The notes beneath the pieces were generated by a model, which worked only from the letters and a program-made list of their open reading frames with translations, was not told the origin of the DNA and searched no databases. 64,000 nucleotides of DNA from a virus: the IMG/VR virus record IMGVR_UViG_3300025732_000024, positions 1 through 64,000 of that record, one strand, 5' to 3'. Below are positions 1 to 10,017 of the stretch, piece after piece (position 1 is the first letter of the stretch; every line of letters begins with the position of its first letter). Made by a program: the position numbers and the translations under genes.

Positions 1-25
1 AGCGGGTTTACAGCCCGCTTTTTTG
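1..25 (+). terminator. Rho-independent terminator
   Basis: AGCGGG-tttacag-CCCGCT hairpin followed by a T run. Confidence 0.6.
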
Positions 26-175
26 TTGCAAACAAAGTTATCGAAATCTTGATAACTTTGCCGATAGAATGAAAAGATCCGCAGTTTTTTCAGAAGAAAT
101 GAAAACTTTTATTTACATCCTATTGACGAGTAACCCGTCAATAGGATATGATATTACCAGTCAATTAGGAGAAAC

Positions 176-370
176 ATGGCAAACCCAAAGCCCGCCCCCG
201 CGCCGCCGGAGGTTTTGTTTAAGCCTGGATGGGTCACAGGCAAAACCAAGGCTGTCAGAATCCCGACAGCTTTGGAAAAACAGGTTAAAGACATTGCCAG
301 ATGTCTTGACCGCAAGCCAAGCATTGCGGATCAAGTTTTGGCATACGCTCAGTCATTATTGGCAGAGTAG
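176..370 (+). CDS. Small ribbon-helix-helix-like DNA-binding protein
   Basis: FKPGWxxGKTKAVRIPxxLxxQV pattern typical of small cyanobacterial RHH proteins; AGGAG Shine-Dalgarno upstream. Confidence 0.55.
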   Translation: MANPKPAPAPPEVLFKPGWVTGKTKAVRIPTALEKQVKDIARCLDRKPSIADQVLAYAQSLLAE

Positions 371-510
371 TAAAAAATTTTCCCCCGCACTACCGGAAAT
401 AGTCGAGGGACGACCCCTAGCCTTAAATCCACAAGGAGCATCTCAATGATAAGAAATTTTCAAATGTCTGTCAATCAGACAGATGTACCATTGCGTCCAA
501 GGAGGATGTA

Positions 511-1680
511 ATGGGAAAAATATGTAAGGGCGGAATGCCCGTGTCAGGGTACACAAAGTTACCCAATGAATTGATTCGTAATCAATTCATTGGTGATGGG
601 ACTTTTCGTTTCATCGCCTGGATACAATCTCATGCGGACGGATTTACCGTATCCTTTGCCAGCATCAAGGCAAGCTTGGGATATGGTCGAGAAAAATTGA
701 GAACAATTATCAAAGAAGCAGAAGAAAATGGATATCTGCTTAGATTAAAAGTCAAAGATTCCCAGGGGCGTTATGACTGGGACTATTACATATTTGCCGA
801 TAAAGAGGAATGCAGCCTCTTTAAAGCCACACATCCAGGGGTGGTTTACCCGTCGGTGGACGAACCACCGACGGGTAAACCAGGGGTGGGTAAACCACCG
901 GTGGACGACCGAGTATATGGTTCATCCGTCGGTGGATGCGACCCCCCACATAAGAAGAACATAAATTCAGAAGACAAAAAAGAAGAAGAAAAAGAGAAAG
1001 AAGCCCGCGATTGTGATGGGTTTAAATCTAATTCAACAGATATAAATAATCTTTCTGATAAAAAGACAGATGTTTGCAACTCACCAATAGCCCAATCTAA
1101 GGACGGGTATTCCGCCGCCGCGCTTCAAAATGCTTACGCACAAGCGGCAAATGTCTATGAATTAATAGACACTTTTCTATTAAGTCCAGATACGTCCGAC
1201 ACTGCACCACCATCCGAGATGCTAGGCATTTTTAGAGACCGAGCCAAATGGCAAGGCTGGGTTTTGCCCTGGCGTTCCAAGCGGATGTCCGCGCATTTCC
1301 AAAACTGCAATCCTGAGATAGTCAAAAAATTAGCCATTGACTTGGCAAGAAAGGATAAGTCAACGCCAGAACAGAAGTATGGCCACGCCATAGCCATTAT
1401 CAATCAATGGGAACGGACTAAGGGTGGCTGGGTGAACTTGATGAACTTGTGCGATCGCCCAAGCTGCACTCTTCCATCTCCAGACTTATCGAAAGCATCA
1501 GAGGAACTATCGGAAATTCCCCAATATTTGAAGGATTGGTATGAAATTCAGCACGAATACCACCACCGTACCCAATACCTGAAAAGCCGCTCTTTAGAGG
1601 AATTTTTTGCAGGGAAGGATAACCGCGCTTGGTATCGCTATGCCAAAGAAAAATTCCCCACATGGGAATGGTCAAAATAA
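511..1680 (+). CDS. Phage replication initiator (N-terminal winged HTH, lambda O-like layout)
   Basis: GYTKLPNELIR...wHTH N-terminus, internal DNA repeats, located directly upstream of DnaB; AAGGAGG Shine-Dalgarno. Confidence 0.75.
   Translation: MGKICKGGMPVSGYTKLPNELIRNQFIGDGTFRFIAWIQSHADGFTVSFASIKASLGYGREKLRTIIKEAEENGYLLRLKVKDSQGRYDWDYYIFADKEECSLFKATHPGVVYPSVDEPPTGKPGVGKPPVDDRVYGSSVGGCDPPHKKNINSEDKKEEEKEKEARDCDGFKSNSTDINNLSDKKTDVCNSPIAQSKDGYSAAALQNAYAQAANVYELIDTFLLSPDTSDTAPPSEMLGIFRDRAKWQGWVLPWRSKRMSAHFQNCNPEIVKKLAIDLARKDKSTPEQKYGHAIAIINQWERTKGGWVNLMNLCDRPSCTLPSPDLSKASEELSEIPQYLKDWYEIQHEYHHRTQYLKSRSLEEFFAGKDNRAWYRYAKEKFPTWEWSK
839..940 (+). repeat. 15-bp periodic iteron-like repeats inside the initiator gene (putative ori)
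   Basis: Units gggtggtttacccgt, cggtggacgaaccac, cgacgggtaaaccag, gggtgggtaaaccac, cggtggacgaccgag, followed by an A-rich tract. Confidence 0.65.
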
Positions 1681-1711
1681 ATCTTTTTTTAAAAATCCAG
1701 GACAAGACATC

Positions 1712-3121
1712 ATGTTTCAGTCAAACAACCTAGACCTAGCATCTGACGGATTAGACCGCCTCCCGCCCCAAAACGTCGAGGCTGAACAGGTAATTTTAGG
1801 GGGAATCCTTCTAGACCCCAGTGCCATAGAGAGAATCCATGGCAGATTGCCGGCCGAGGCATTTTACGTGCATTGCCACGCCATGATTTACCGCGTCATG
1901 GTAGAACTTCATTTAGAGTCCAACCCCACAGATATAGTAAGCGTTGCGTCCCGCTTATCAGACAAGGTAGACCTGCGCGGTGAAAGCTACCTTAAATTAA
2001 TCGGTGGCAGAACCAAGCTAAGGGCGTTGCTAGACAGCACCGTCAGCGCGATTAACATAGATAGCCTCGCTGAAATTGTCTATGAGAAATTCCTCAGACG
2101 GGAGCTAATCCGAATCTCCCACCGCAACATCAAACTAGCCTACAGCAGCGAACTGGAACTGCCCAAAATCCTGGAAGAGGCACAGAAAAGCATATTTGAC
2201 TTGACTCAATCCCAATCAGACGACCGACCTGAATTAGCGCACGTATCCACCGCTATGCAAGAAATGTATGGCGAAATGGAAAAGAAAATATCAGGGGAAA
2301 TTGTCCCCATTCAATCTGGATTTTACGACCTGGACGCGCTAACAGGCGGCTTTGAGCCGAACCAATTTGTTGTAATTGGTGGCAGACCCGCCATGGGCAA
2401 AACAGCCATAGGATTAGATATAGCTTGGAACATCGCATCTAAGCAGAACGGTCAGCATAGACCAGTGTTTTTCTTCTCTTTAGAGATGGATAAAATTCAA
2501 TTGGCTAGACGGCTAACAACGCGATTATCAAATGTTGAAGGCGCAAAGCTCAAAGCACCTAGGATGATAAGCAGCCATGAATGGACGCAGATATCTATGG
2601 CTATGGAAACATCAGAAGAGTCTAAGCTATACATTTGCGATTATTCACAGATGGATGTATTGGACATCAACGGCACTATTCGCCGCACCATTGCCCGCAC
2701 TGGAGAAAGACCAGGCGCGATATTTGTAGACCACATCCATATTTTGGCAAGCACTGAAGAGAATGCAAGGGATGAGCAAAGTAAGATCAGCCGCGCTAGT
2801 CGGCTGCTGAAGAGTTTGTCGTCAGGGTCAACCGGTTTCAGCTGTCCCGTGTTTGCCTTAGCGCAACTAAACAGGGGCGTTGAAGGACGGCAAAATAACC
2901 GCCCAATGCTGTCAGATTTAAGGGCATCAGGAAGCATTGAGCAGGATGCAGACTTTGTGTTCCTGCTATACCGAGATGAATATTACAATCCCGATACTCC
3001 AAACAGAGGTATTGGAGAAGTCATTGTAGCCAAGGGGCGCGATTCGGGAACGGGAACAGTAAAATTACTTTACGATGCCCCAAGAGCGCAATTCAAAAAT
3101 TTAGCAAAACCACAATATTAG
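1712..3121 (+). CDS. dnaB: Replicative DNA helicase DnaB
   Basis: DRLPPQNVEAEQ N-terminus, Walker A GRPAMGKT, FSLEM, LAQLNR, RPMLSDLRASGSIEQDAD. Start placed at ATG 1712. Confidence 0.96.
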   Translation: MFQSNNLDLASDGLDRLPPQNVEAEQVILGGILLDPSAIERIHGRLPAEAFYVHCHAMIYRVMVELHLESNPTDIVSVASRLSDKVDLRGESYLKLIGGRTKLRALLDSTVSAINIDSLAEIVYEKFLRRELIRISHRNIKLAYSSELELPKILEEAQKSIFDLTQSQSDDRPELAHVSTAMQEMYGEMEKKISGEIVPIQSGFYDLDALTGGFEPNQFVVIGGRPAMGKTAIGLDIAWNIASKQNGQHRPVFFFSLEMDKIQLARRLTTRLSNVEGAKLKAPRMISSHEWTQISMAMETSEESKLYICDYSQMDVLDINGTIRRTIARTGERPGAIFVDHIHILASTEENARDEQSKISRASRLLKSLSSGSTGFSCPVFALAQLNRGVEGRQNNRPMLSDLRASGSIEQDADFVFLLYRDEYYNPDTPNRGIGEVIVAKGRDSGTGTVKLLYDAPRAQFKNLAKPQY

Positions 3122-3123
3122 CC

Positions 3124-3387
3124 ATGAATATTATCAAATTAAATGCACTAAAACTACACTTAGAAAAGTTGGAAATGCAGTATTGCCAGCAACTTTCCAC
3201 AGACGAGTACGAAGTTTTCAAATACTACCAAGAAAAACTTCACGAAGTCAGGAGACGACTTTCTCAAGTAAAAATAACGCTGCATGAACTAATGGAAATT
3301 GAATCAAATCGCCACCATCTTTTTAGCTGTTTGTCTCAAGATTCAACGCTTGCACATCCAGATGAATCAGAATCAAATTTATGCTGA
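3124..3387 (+). CDS. Hypothetical protein (coiled coil)
   Basis: Tightly packed in the operon after dnaB. Confidence 0.6.
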   Translation: MNIIKLNALKLHLEKLEMQYCQQLSTDEYEVFKYYQEKLHEVRRRLSQVKITLHELMEIESNRHHLFSCLSQDSTLAHPDESESNLC

Positions 3388-3773
3388 TACCTAAATGCGA
3401 GATACATTGTTTAGTCGAGAGAATCCCTAGTAATCATGAATTGCTGGTGTCTATGAAATTAGAGTTGACTCTATTTACGTCCTATGCGGATGCATATCAC
3501 AAAGTCGCAAACTCTATTTATTGGAATGACTCAAATGCTGCTACTAAAAGCAGAATTAGAGCAAAACTTAATAGACTGGCTTATGATGCCATGGATTCAT
3601 TCTGGGAAGCTGTTAAATTGTTCAATGAATACTGTGATGAGATGGATACAAAGCAAATCCCTCCACCTCAATGGACTATTGTTGTTGCTCCAGCGTTAAA
3701 CAGTGCATTGCGATATTTAGAAAAATATCACAACCACCAAATTAACTCGATACAACTAACACTTTTCAAATAA
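3381..3773 (+). CDS. Hypothetical protein
   Basis: Overlaps the previous stop; C-terminal QLTLF resembles a beta-clamp-binding motif. Confidence 0.6.
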   Translation: MLIPKCEIHCLVERIPSNHELLVSMKLELTLFTSYADAYHKVANSIYWNDSNAATKSRIRAKLNRLAYDAMDSFWEAVKLFNEYCDEMDTKQIPPPQWTIVVAPALNSALRYLEKYHNHQINSIQLTLFK

Positions 3774-3783
3774 AGGAGAAACA

Positions 3784-4203
3784 ATGAATAGTTGGCGCAG
3801 TCATGAAATTCAAATTTTGATTAATAGTGCTGGTAAATATACCATAAGAGAGATTAGCGATCGCCTAGGCAAAAGCGTTCAATCTACTACATATCACGCC
3901 AAAAGATTGGGACTAGATTTTAACAAGTGGAGTCAGGAAGATTTGGATTTTTTGAAGCAAAATTCATTTAGATTCACGATTAAGCAGCTTGCAGAAAAGT
4001 TAAATAAAGGACAATATTGTGTTAGGAGGAAAATCAAAGAATTAAGACTGGAGATATTGCCTCACAAAAGAAGATGGACTGAGCAAGAACTAAAATTTCT
4101 AATTACCGATTTCTCTTTAAGTCAAAAAAGCTCAATACTAGGAAGATCCAAACAAGCAATAATGAAAAAACAATGGCAAGCAAACAATGAAAAAACAAAA
4201 TGA
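3784..4203 (+). CDS. HTH/Myb-like repeat DNA-binding protein
   Basis: Three W(S/T/R)xx(E/D)...IxxxLG(K/R)S repeats; AAGGAG Shine-Dalgarno. Confidence 0.65.
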   Translation: MNSWRSHEIQILINSAGKYTIREISDRLGKSVQSTTYHAKRLGLDFNKWSQEDLDFLKQNSFRFTIKQLAEKLNKGQYCVRRKIKELRLEILPHKRRWTEQELKFLITDFSLSQKSSILGRSKQAIMKKQWQANNEKTK

Positions 4204-4212
4204 GAATCAAAT

Positions 4213-4563
4213 ATGCACGACATTAATTCACTTACACTACCTATATGGGCAAAACCCTATACTTGTGATTTTCCCTCACTAGCCAAAAAAGCGGAAATAG
4301 ATAAATGGCGAGTTGAGCGTTCTTTGTTCATCTGGTCTAAAAATTCCGTTGACTATGTTTGCAGAAATATGGATGATGTTCGCAGGATTGTAAATATGCT
4401 TGAAACTACTTGGAATGAACACAAAAATCTAGGCTGGACATTAGAGCAGTCAATAGATGCGGAATTAATGAATCTGAGTGCTGACAAGGAAGAAACCGAA
4501 GAAAAATTAAATAGAATTAACGCCAGGATTAAAGCACTTAAAACCTGGAAGGAAGGGAGCTAA
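4213..4563 (+). CDS. Hypothetical protein
   Basis: ORF in the operon, followed by a terminator. Confidence 0.6.
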   Translation: MHDINSLTLPIWAKPYTCDFPSLAKKAEIDKWRVERSLFIWSKNSVDYVCRNMDDVRRIVNMLETTWNEHKNLGWTLEQSIDAELMNLSADKEETEEKLNRINARIKALKTWKEGS

Positions 4564-4618
4564 ATATTTACAAAATCTAGAAATAAGATTACAATAAAGA
4601 TGTAATCCAACCTTGTGT

Positions 4619-4646
4619 AAAACCTGCCACAAAGCAGGTTTTTTTA
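4619..4646. terminator. Bidirectional Rho-independent terminator
   Basis: AAAACCTGC-cacaaa-GCAGGTTTTTTT between convergent genes. Confidence 0.75.
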
Positions 4647-4647
4647 T

Positions 4648-5436
4648 TCATTCCCCAAACCATAATTGACGGGAATCATCAATAATCTTCTTGTCTAATT
4701 CCTCTAAATAATCTCGCCGCAATTCCTGATTTTCTTTGATACTTGGCACATTCTCCCAAGCATAATCAGGAATATTCAACGAATCAAGGTGTCTATTTAA
4801 TTTAATATAATCGGGTTTTCCGCTTTTAGACACAAAGCCATAGCGTCTACATAAAGCAGTTTTGTTAATGGTCGAACCATCATTAATTAAATCCTGCCCA
4901 TGAATAATGCGATCGCGGTACTCCACTTTTTCCACAACAGAATAACCGAGTATCTTTTGCTGCACAGGTTCAGGGCAAGTAGCAACAATTAAATGACGTG
5001 CATCAAGTACGGCTTTCTCCGCTAAAGCTTTTTGAGTTTCCGCCTGTGCTAATTGCAAACGTAGCTCTAGTTCGCGGATGTGGTCATTTTGTGCAGGAAT
5101 GACGGTTTTAATTATTTGTTTGGCTTCTGAAAATGACTTAACCAGTGTTCGCTTGCATTTTCTGACCTGCTCAGTATTTTTTGATAGGGTCATTACGTAA
5201 GTAGCTTGATCTTCGTTCAAGTAGGCAAACAGTGTAATATTTGTTGCCTTGGATGAGCTTACTACAGATGCGTTTTCAAATCGCAGGTGTCCAAATTCCT
5301 GTAACTCGGTCTGATACTTTCTGATAGTCCTGAAAAATGATCTATGCTCAATCCCCAGTTCTTTGGCTATCAGTCGGGAATCAACAACTAGCTCATCATC
5401 TTTCTGAATTACATCAATTTTTGCTAAACTGTTCAT
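4648..5436 (-). CDS. Rha-family phage regulatory protein / antirepressor
   Basis: LVVDSRLIAKELGIEH...FG.L.F...YLNEDQATYVMTLSKNT...K..LVK.F (Rha signature). Confidence 0.85.
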   Translation of the reverse strand: MNSLAKIDVIQKDDELVVDSRLIAKELGIEHRSFFRTIRKYQTELQEFGHLRFENASVVSSSKATNITLFAYLNEDQATYVMTLSKNTEQVRKCKRTLVKSFSEAKQIIKTVIPAQNDHIRELELRLQLAQAETQKALAEKAVLDARHLIVATCPEPVQQKILGYSVVEKVEYRDRIIHGQDLINDGSTINKTALCRRYGFVSKSGKPDYIKLNRHLDSLNIPDYAWENVPSIKENQELRRDYLEELDKKIIDDSRQLWFGE

Positions 5437-5733
5437 AAGTTCATTTTGGACTGTAATGGACTGTCAACTGGAACGGCGGGAGTATTGCGCGCTCCCTCAC
5501 CGTGTTGACCTATCTATTACATGATAACACTATATTTTTCTCGATATGTGCTAAATTATTCATAGCATTCCTTTGTGTTTAGTAACTTCTGGTAAGCATG
5601 AGTAACGCAAGTTACTTTACGCTTGCCAGACTACATAAATATTACAGATATCTCCATAACTTCATCTTTTATTCGATAGACGCAAGCATTGAACATCATG
5701 CTATGCTCAATTTATCCACAATAATAGATATTT

Positions 5734-5967
5734 ATGGCAAGCTTAAAAAATCTCAGGCCACGAGAGCCGCGCTACATCGAAAATAAAGTCAGACACACTA
5801 TTTGCGTTACCCCGACCGCGTGGGAGAATTTGCAAAAAGAAGCTGTTAACAGAGGGACATCTGTATCTGAGTTAATCGAACTTTTTGCACGGAAAGCCTT
5901 ATCTGTTGAGGATTCAAGAAATTTCTCAAGAGGGGTTGACATATCCCAATTATTGCGTAATAATTGA
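5734..5967 (+). CDS. CopG/RHH transcriptional regulator
   Basis: KVRHTICVTPTAWENL...SVSELIE pattern. Confidence 0.7.
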   Translation: MASLKNLRPREPRYIENKVRHTICVTPTAWENLQKEAVNRGTSVSELIELFARKALSVEDSRNFSRGVDISQLLRNN

Positions 5968-5972
5968 GATAT
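5936..5972 (+). promoter_or_regulatory. Sigma70-type promoter with palindromic operator
   Basis: TTGACA at 5936; inverted repeat ATATCCCAATTATT-gcgt-AATAATTGAGATAT (13/14 match) overlaps the -10 region. Confidence 0.65.
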
Positions 5973-6039
5973 AAACAAAGCGACCGCCGCACCGTGGAAA
6001 GTCAAGCGATCGCCTTCAACCTAATAGGTCTAATTAACT

Positions 6040-6834
6040 ATGTCACACCCTATCTACTCCCGTCAACAGCTTTTAAATCGAGGTTTAGTCAAAGTGAAGA
6101 AAGTCGCTGCTGACATGGGCGTTTTGCCCAGTGGCGACAAGAGGCTGATTACAAACTGGGTAGAGGCTATTTTAGCTCATCAAGCTAAGACTGTGGCGAA
6201 GGTACAGGAAAAATCCGCCGTCATCGAGTTTGACGGTGATAGCTACGAAGGACTGACACAGCCTTACATGGTTGTGTCTGAGGGCAAGATTGTCCATCGC
6301 ACGGAGACCTACCTTCAAGCAGAGAGATTTGTGCAAAATGCCGGACTTGTTCTGATAGAGCCACAAGAGGTGGCACATGCGGAACTAGAAGCGGAACTAG
6401 AGACAGAATTGCAAGTAGTGGCTATAGATTTTGGCTACCACGAGGTGGTCAAAAATGGCGATGTAGTCGCCACAATAGAGATAGTTTTTGACAGAGACCA
6501 CGATTTAGTCTCGTGGGCTGTTAATAAAGGACTAGAAAGACAGTTATTCCTCTCTTATGAGGATGCGGAAGTTTTCGCGCTCAACGACGAGCGTGGTAGT
6601 GGTCGCATAAACCAGCCTATCGAAGACATAGGGTATATTATCGAAGATATGAACTTTGTTGACCTTTGGGGTCAGCAATACTCCGTGAGGTTCAACGGGA
6701 CTTTAGCCGGATACATCTGGCTAGACGACCGATGGGGATGGACACTGGATGGGGAAACCTTTGCAAATGATTGGCGACCAGTTGCCAAGAGTTTGGTTAG
6801 CTTAACCAAGCGAGAATACGCCACCACGGTTTAG
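6040..6834 (+). CDS. Hypothetical phage protein
   Basis: 264-aa ORF downstream of the promoter; modular and acidic. Confidence 0.65.
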   Translation: MSHPIYSRQQLLNRGLVKVKKVAADMGVLPSGDKRLITNWVEAILAHQAKTVAKVQEKSAVIEFDGDSYEGLTQPYMVVSEGKIVHRTETYLQAERFVQNAGLVLIEPQEVAHAELEAELETELQVVAIDFGYHEVVKNGDVVATIEIVFDRDHDLVSWAVNKGLERQLFLSYEDAEVFALNDERGSGRINQPIEDIGYIIEDMNFVDLWGQQYSVRFNGTLAGYIWLDDRWGWTLDGETFANDWRPVAKSLVSLTKREYATTV

Positions 6835-6908
6835 CGCAAGGGCTGGGTGCGATGCCTTGTCAAATCCGCGCGTACACAACGCAAAACACAGGTAAAACAG
6901 GTAAAACG

Positions 6909-7778
6909 ATGACAGTAATAGACACAGACATGATGGATTTTGAAAGTGGGGAATTTTCCCCACAACAGGCAGAGCGTCAGCCGTTCTGCCAAATAATCAA
7001 CCCCCGATGGAACAAGCATGGGATGGCAGACTTCGGGTTTGCCATTACCAAGGCTAATGCCGAAGCATCTGGTTTTGACGCACCTCCAGGCTGGAAACCC
7101 GTGTTGCATGAGTTTGCATCTGGTGACACGGAAGAGATGTATATGGCTCTTCAGCCAAAAATCGTAATCATAGCGCAAACACCGCGCTATGCAAAATCCC
7201 GTGAGACAGGGAAGATAATCGGGGAGACCCGCCAGGTAGATTATTGGGGTAACAAACATTTGTACAAGCCATGCTCCTACGCATGGTGCTATGTACTGGG
7301 AGAAAACGATTCTCCAGTACATCCTACACCCTTGTTGATATCTCTCAACGGCGCAAGCGGAGCGTCGTTTATGTCGGGCTGGTTGCAGTACAAAACAAAA
7401 ACCACAGACCGTAGTGGGTTTTGTTTTGACATGGAAGGTGCTTATGCATTGATGCGTAAACAGCACTACAAAAACATGGGCGAATTATTCCATGCCCACT
7501 GCATTTACGAGCCTCACATTGAGGCGGACGAGCGGGGCGTAAAGCCCAATACCGCACTGGTGGCAGTAGTCAACAGCTACAAAGCTGCCAGTGCAGGGCA
7601 ACTGATCCGTAATGGATCAGAATTGTCAGAAATGATTAAAGTCGGTCGCGAGTCCGTCAAAGACTGGCGACCACGAATAGGCGAAGGTTCTCCCGCATTA
7701 GAGGACGACGGGTACAGCCCAAAGGGCAAACCCCGTGATGTCAGTAGTTATGAGGATGACTTGTATCCTCCCTACTAA
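6909..7778 (+). CDS. Putative single-stranded DNA-binding protein (DUF5895-like)
   Basis: FES.EF...PFCQIINP N-terminus recalled from cyanobacterial DUF5895 proteins; acidic/aromatic C-terminal tail (EDDLYPPY) as in SSBs. Confidence 0.5.
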   Translation: MTVIDTDMMDFESGEFSPQQAERQPFCQIINPRWNKHGMADFGFAITKANAEASGFDAPPGWKPVLHEFASGDTEEMYMALQPKIVIIAQTPRYAKSRETGKIIGETRQVDYWGNKHLYKPCSYAWCYVLGENDSPVHPTPLLISLNGASGASFMSGWLQYKTKTTDRSGFCFDMEGAYALMRKQHYKNMGELFHAHCIYEPHIEADERGVKPNTALVAVVNSYKAASAGQLIRNGSELSEMIKVGRESVKDWRPRIGEGSPALEDDGYSPKGKPRDVSSYEDDLYPPY

Positions 7779-7841
7779 TTCAATCGGCACTAAGTGCTAA
7801 TCCTAAATTAGTGCTTAGTGCCGTTATTAAACTAAAAAAAT

Positions 7842-8069
7842 ATGCAGACTTATCAATTCATTAGCTTGTTTAGCCCGTCCGAGGTTTCTCTCGATGAGAA
7901 CCTACGATGGGTGGAGGACGGATTCAGTTGGAGTTGGCACGACAACGCCAACTGGTGGGCTTATGAGCTCAGTTTCGATCCTGATGCCAACGACGCTCCT
8001 TGCGGTATCAACGACATTATCTATAGCTACGGATTTGAATCTTTCATTAGTAGTCCGCTTGACCACTGA
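7842..8069 (+). CDS. Small acidic Trp-rich hypothetical protein
   Basis: ORF between a long hairpin (about 7785-7823) and a terminator (about 8089-8128). Confidence 0.5.
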   Translation: MQTYQFISLFSPSEVSLDENLRWVEDGFSWSWHDNANWWAYELSFDPDANDAPCGINDIIYSYGFESFISSPLDH

Positions 8070-8358
8070 CGGATAAATAAGAACAATCAAAAGCCGCTAC
8101 ACATACTAAGTTGTGTAGCGGCTTTTTAATGCAATCAATATAATGATAAAATTATCGGCGTATCTATATCAGCATCTCAAATGTACAGCCCGACACAAAA
8201 ACTCCAGTCATTGCTTGACGGATTTGGCGGTAAACATAATGGCAAAATTGAAAAATCAAGTAGCGGATTTTACTATGTAGACAAAGCACGACGGGAATAT
8301 TTAGGTAACGATTACTACGCCTGTATGTCAATTGTCAAGCAACTATTTATTTAGACCC

Positions 8359-8970
8359 ATGATATTAAACGACTCCCAAATTATGCAATATGCCATTGAA
8401 GGCATGATTACACCATTTCAGGTGCAATTAATCAGAGAAGTCAGCATCTGTGGGCATGAGCAAATGTCCAGTCAAATCAGAAAAGCTATCAGTTATGGAC
8501 TTAGCTCCTATGGCTACGACATCAGATTAAGTAGCAAGGAATTTAAGATATTTAGACATATTCCTGGAACAATTGTTAATCCCAAAAACTTCAATTCCCA
8601 GAACCTTGAATCGGTAGAATTACAGCAAGATAAATGGGGCGATTTTTTTATTATTCCTGCACATTCCTATGGACTAGGAGTAGCTATTGAAAAATTACAA
8701 ATGCCTCCAAACTTAACAGCTATTTGCATAGGAAAATCAACCTATGCCCGCGCTGGTTTGATAGCGAATCTAACACCAGTCGAGGCTTCATGGATTGGGC
8801 ATTTAACAATAGAAATATCAAATTCATCAAGTGCTGATTGCCGGGTTTACGCCAATGAAGGCATAGCACAATTATTATTTTTCCAAGGTGAAGAATGCGC
8901 CGTCAACTATGAATCTCGCCAGGGAAAATACCAAAATCAACCAGAGGAAATCGTATTACCATTAGTGTAA
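8359..8970 (+). CDS. dcd: dCTP deaminase
   Basis: ISYGLSSYGYDIRL, GKSTYARAG, TPVEASWIGHLTIE, YANEGIAQ, GKYQNQ. Start at ATG 8359. Confidence 0.96.
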   Translation: MILNDSQIMQYAIEGMITPFQVQLIREVSICGHEQMSSQIRKAISYGLSSYGYDIRLSSKEFKIFRHIPGTIVNPKNFNSQNLESVELQQDKWGDFFIIPAHSYGLGVAIEKLQMPPNLTAICIGKSTYARAGLIANLTPVEASWIGHLTIEISNSSSADCRVYANEGIAQLLFFQGEECAVNYESRQGKYQNQPEEIVLPLV

Positions 8971-9362
8971 TGTCTAAGCAGAAAGGTAATAAGAACTGGA
9001 CAACAAAAGAAATAGAGATAGTAGAAGAAAATGCCGGGTTTATACCACCTACTAAAATAGTACAGGTATTGAATAAACACGGCTTTTACAGAACAGAAAT
9101 AGCAGTGAAAAATTACTGCATAACTCACAACATTTCTTTTGCTTGTCAATACGATAATATATCACTGCGTAAACTTGCCAAGATACTAGGTGTTAGTTCG
9201 TCTACTTCTTCTTATTGGTACAAGAGCGGGCAATTACCAACTTATAAATACAAATCTCGTCAAATGATGGTGAGATTCAAGGATGTACAAAACTTCCTTA
9301 AAAGTCGCACCTTTAAAACCAATTTCAATAAAGAGGGTATTAATTTTTTCTTAGGAGAATAA
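8970..9362 (+). CDS. HTH DNA-binding protein
   Basis: WTxxE repeat plus an excisionase-like SLRKLAKILGVS...W...G.LP motif. Confidence 0.6.
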   Translation: MSKQKGNKNWTTKEIEIVEENAGFIPPTKIVQVLNKHGFYRTEIAVKNYCITHNISFACQYDNISLRKLAKILGVSSSTSSYWYKSGQLPTYKYKSRQMMVRFKDVQNFLKSRTFKTNFNKEGINFFLGE

Positions 9363-9366
9363 CATC

Positions 9367-9720
9367 ATGGCGAATCGTAACTACACTTATTTATTAATAT
9401 TAGATATTCTATTTAGTCGCGGTAGATGCACAGCAGAAGACATAGCCAAAGATGAGGATTTCTTAAATAAAAAACCAGCTACAATTCGATTATATTTAAG
9501 AGAATTAGCCAGCTTAAAACTAATAGATATCCATGCCTGGGAAGAAGAGGATATCTCTGAATCAGGTAGAAGACCTCACAATACCTATTCTTTAAAATGT
9601 AATTGCCCATTGCCTGGCGAGATGGATGAATGTGCGAAATGTCCATCAGGGAAGATAATCAAAAGATTAATCGCCAGTCAGGCAACATCCCAGGCGTGTG
9701 TGATGCCGCCAAAAGAATGA
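9367..9720 (+). CDS. Winged-helix regulator with Cys-rich tail
   Basis: TAEDIA...TIRLYLREL...GRRPHNTYSL; CxCP and CxxCP motifs. Confidence 0.6.
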   Translation: MANRNYTYLLILDILFSRGRCTAEDIAKDEDFLNKKPATIRLYLRELASLKLIDIHAWEEEDISESGRRPHNTYSLKCNCPLPGEMDECAKCPSGKIIKRLIASQATSQACVMPPKE

Positions 9721-9721
9721 T

Positions 9722-9958
9722 ATGATTCTGGCGTACAGATTGGGATATCTTATGGAAAAACATCACGACACACAAGTAGAAATCAGGTGTAGACAGGATT
9801 TAAAGGAAAGTCTGTCTAAAAAGCTCATAGCTTGTGGCTATGTCTACCCCAAGGGATCAGAAGCACTGCCAAGCTTTGCTAAATTCCTGGAAGCGTTAGA
9901 CGGTAAGGACTTGAAGTGGTTTAGAAAAAATTTCAGAAAAGGGGTTGACAATCCCTAA
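9722..9958 (+). CDS. RHH-like small regulator (paralog of 13671..13892)
   Basis: Shares RC..(D/E)LK.SLS.KLIACGY.Y.K..E.L..FA.FLE.LD.KDL.WF with the paralog. Start may be ATG 9752. Confidence 0.65.
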   Translation: MILAYRLGYLMEKHHDTQVEIRCRQDLKESLSKKLIACGYVYPKGSEALPSFAKFLEALDGKDLKWFRKNFRKGVDNP

Positions 9959-9973
9959 AAACTGGGATACAGT
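9945..9973 (+). promoter_or_regulatory. Sigma70-type promoter of ribozyme operon 1
   Basis: TTGACA-17 nt-TACAGT, with an ATCCC...GGGAT inverted repeat in the spacer. Confidence 0.7.
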
Positions 9974-10017
9974 TTAAACATAGGAGACGAGGCAACACCA
10001 CTCACACCTCGGTTAAG

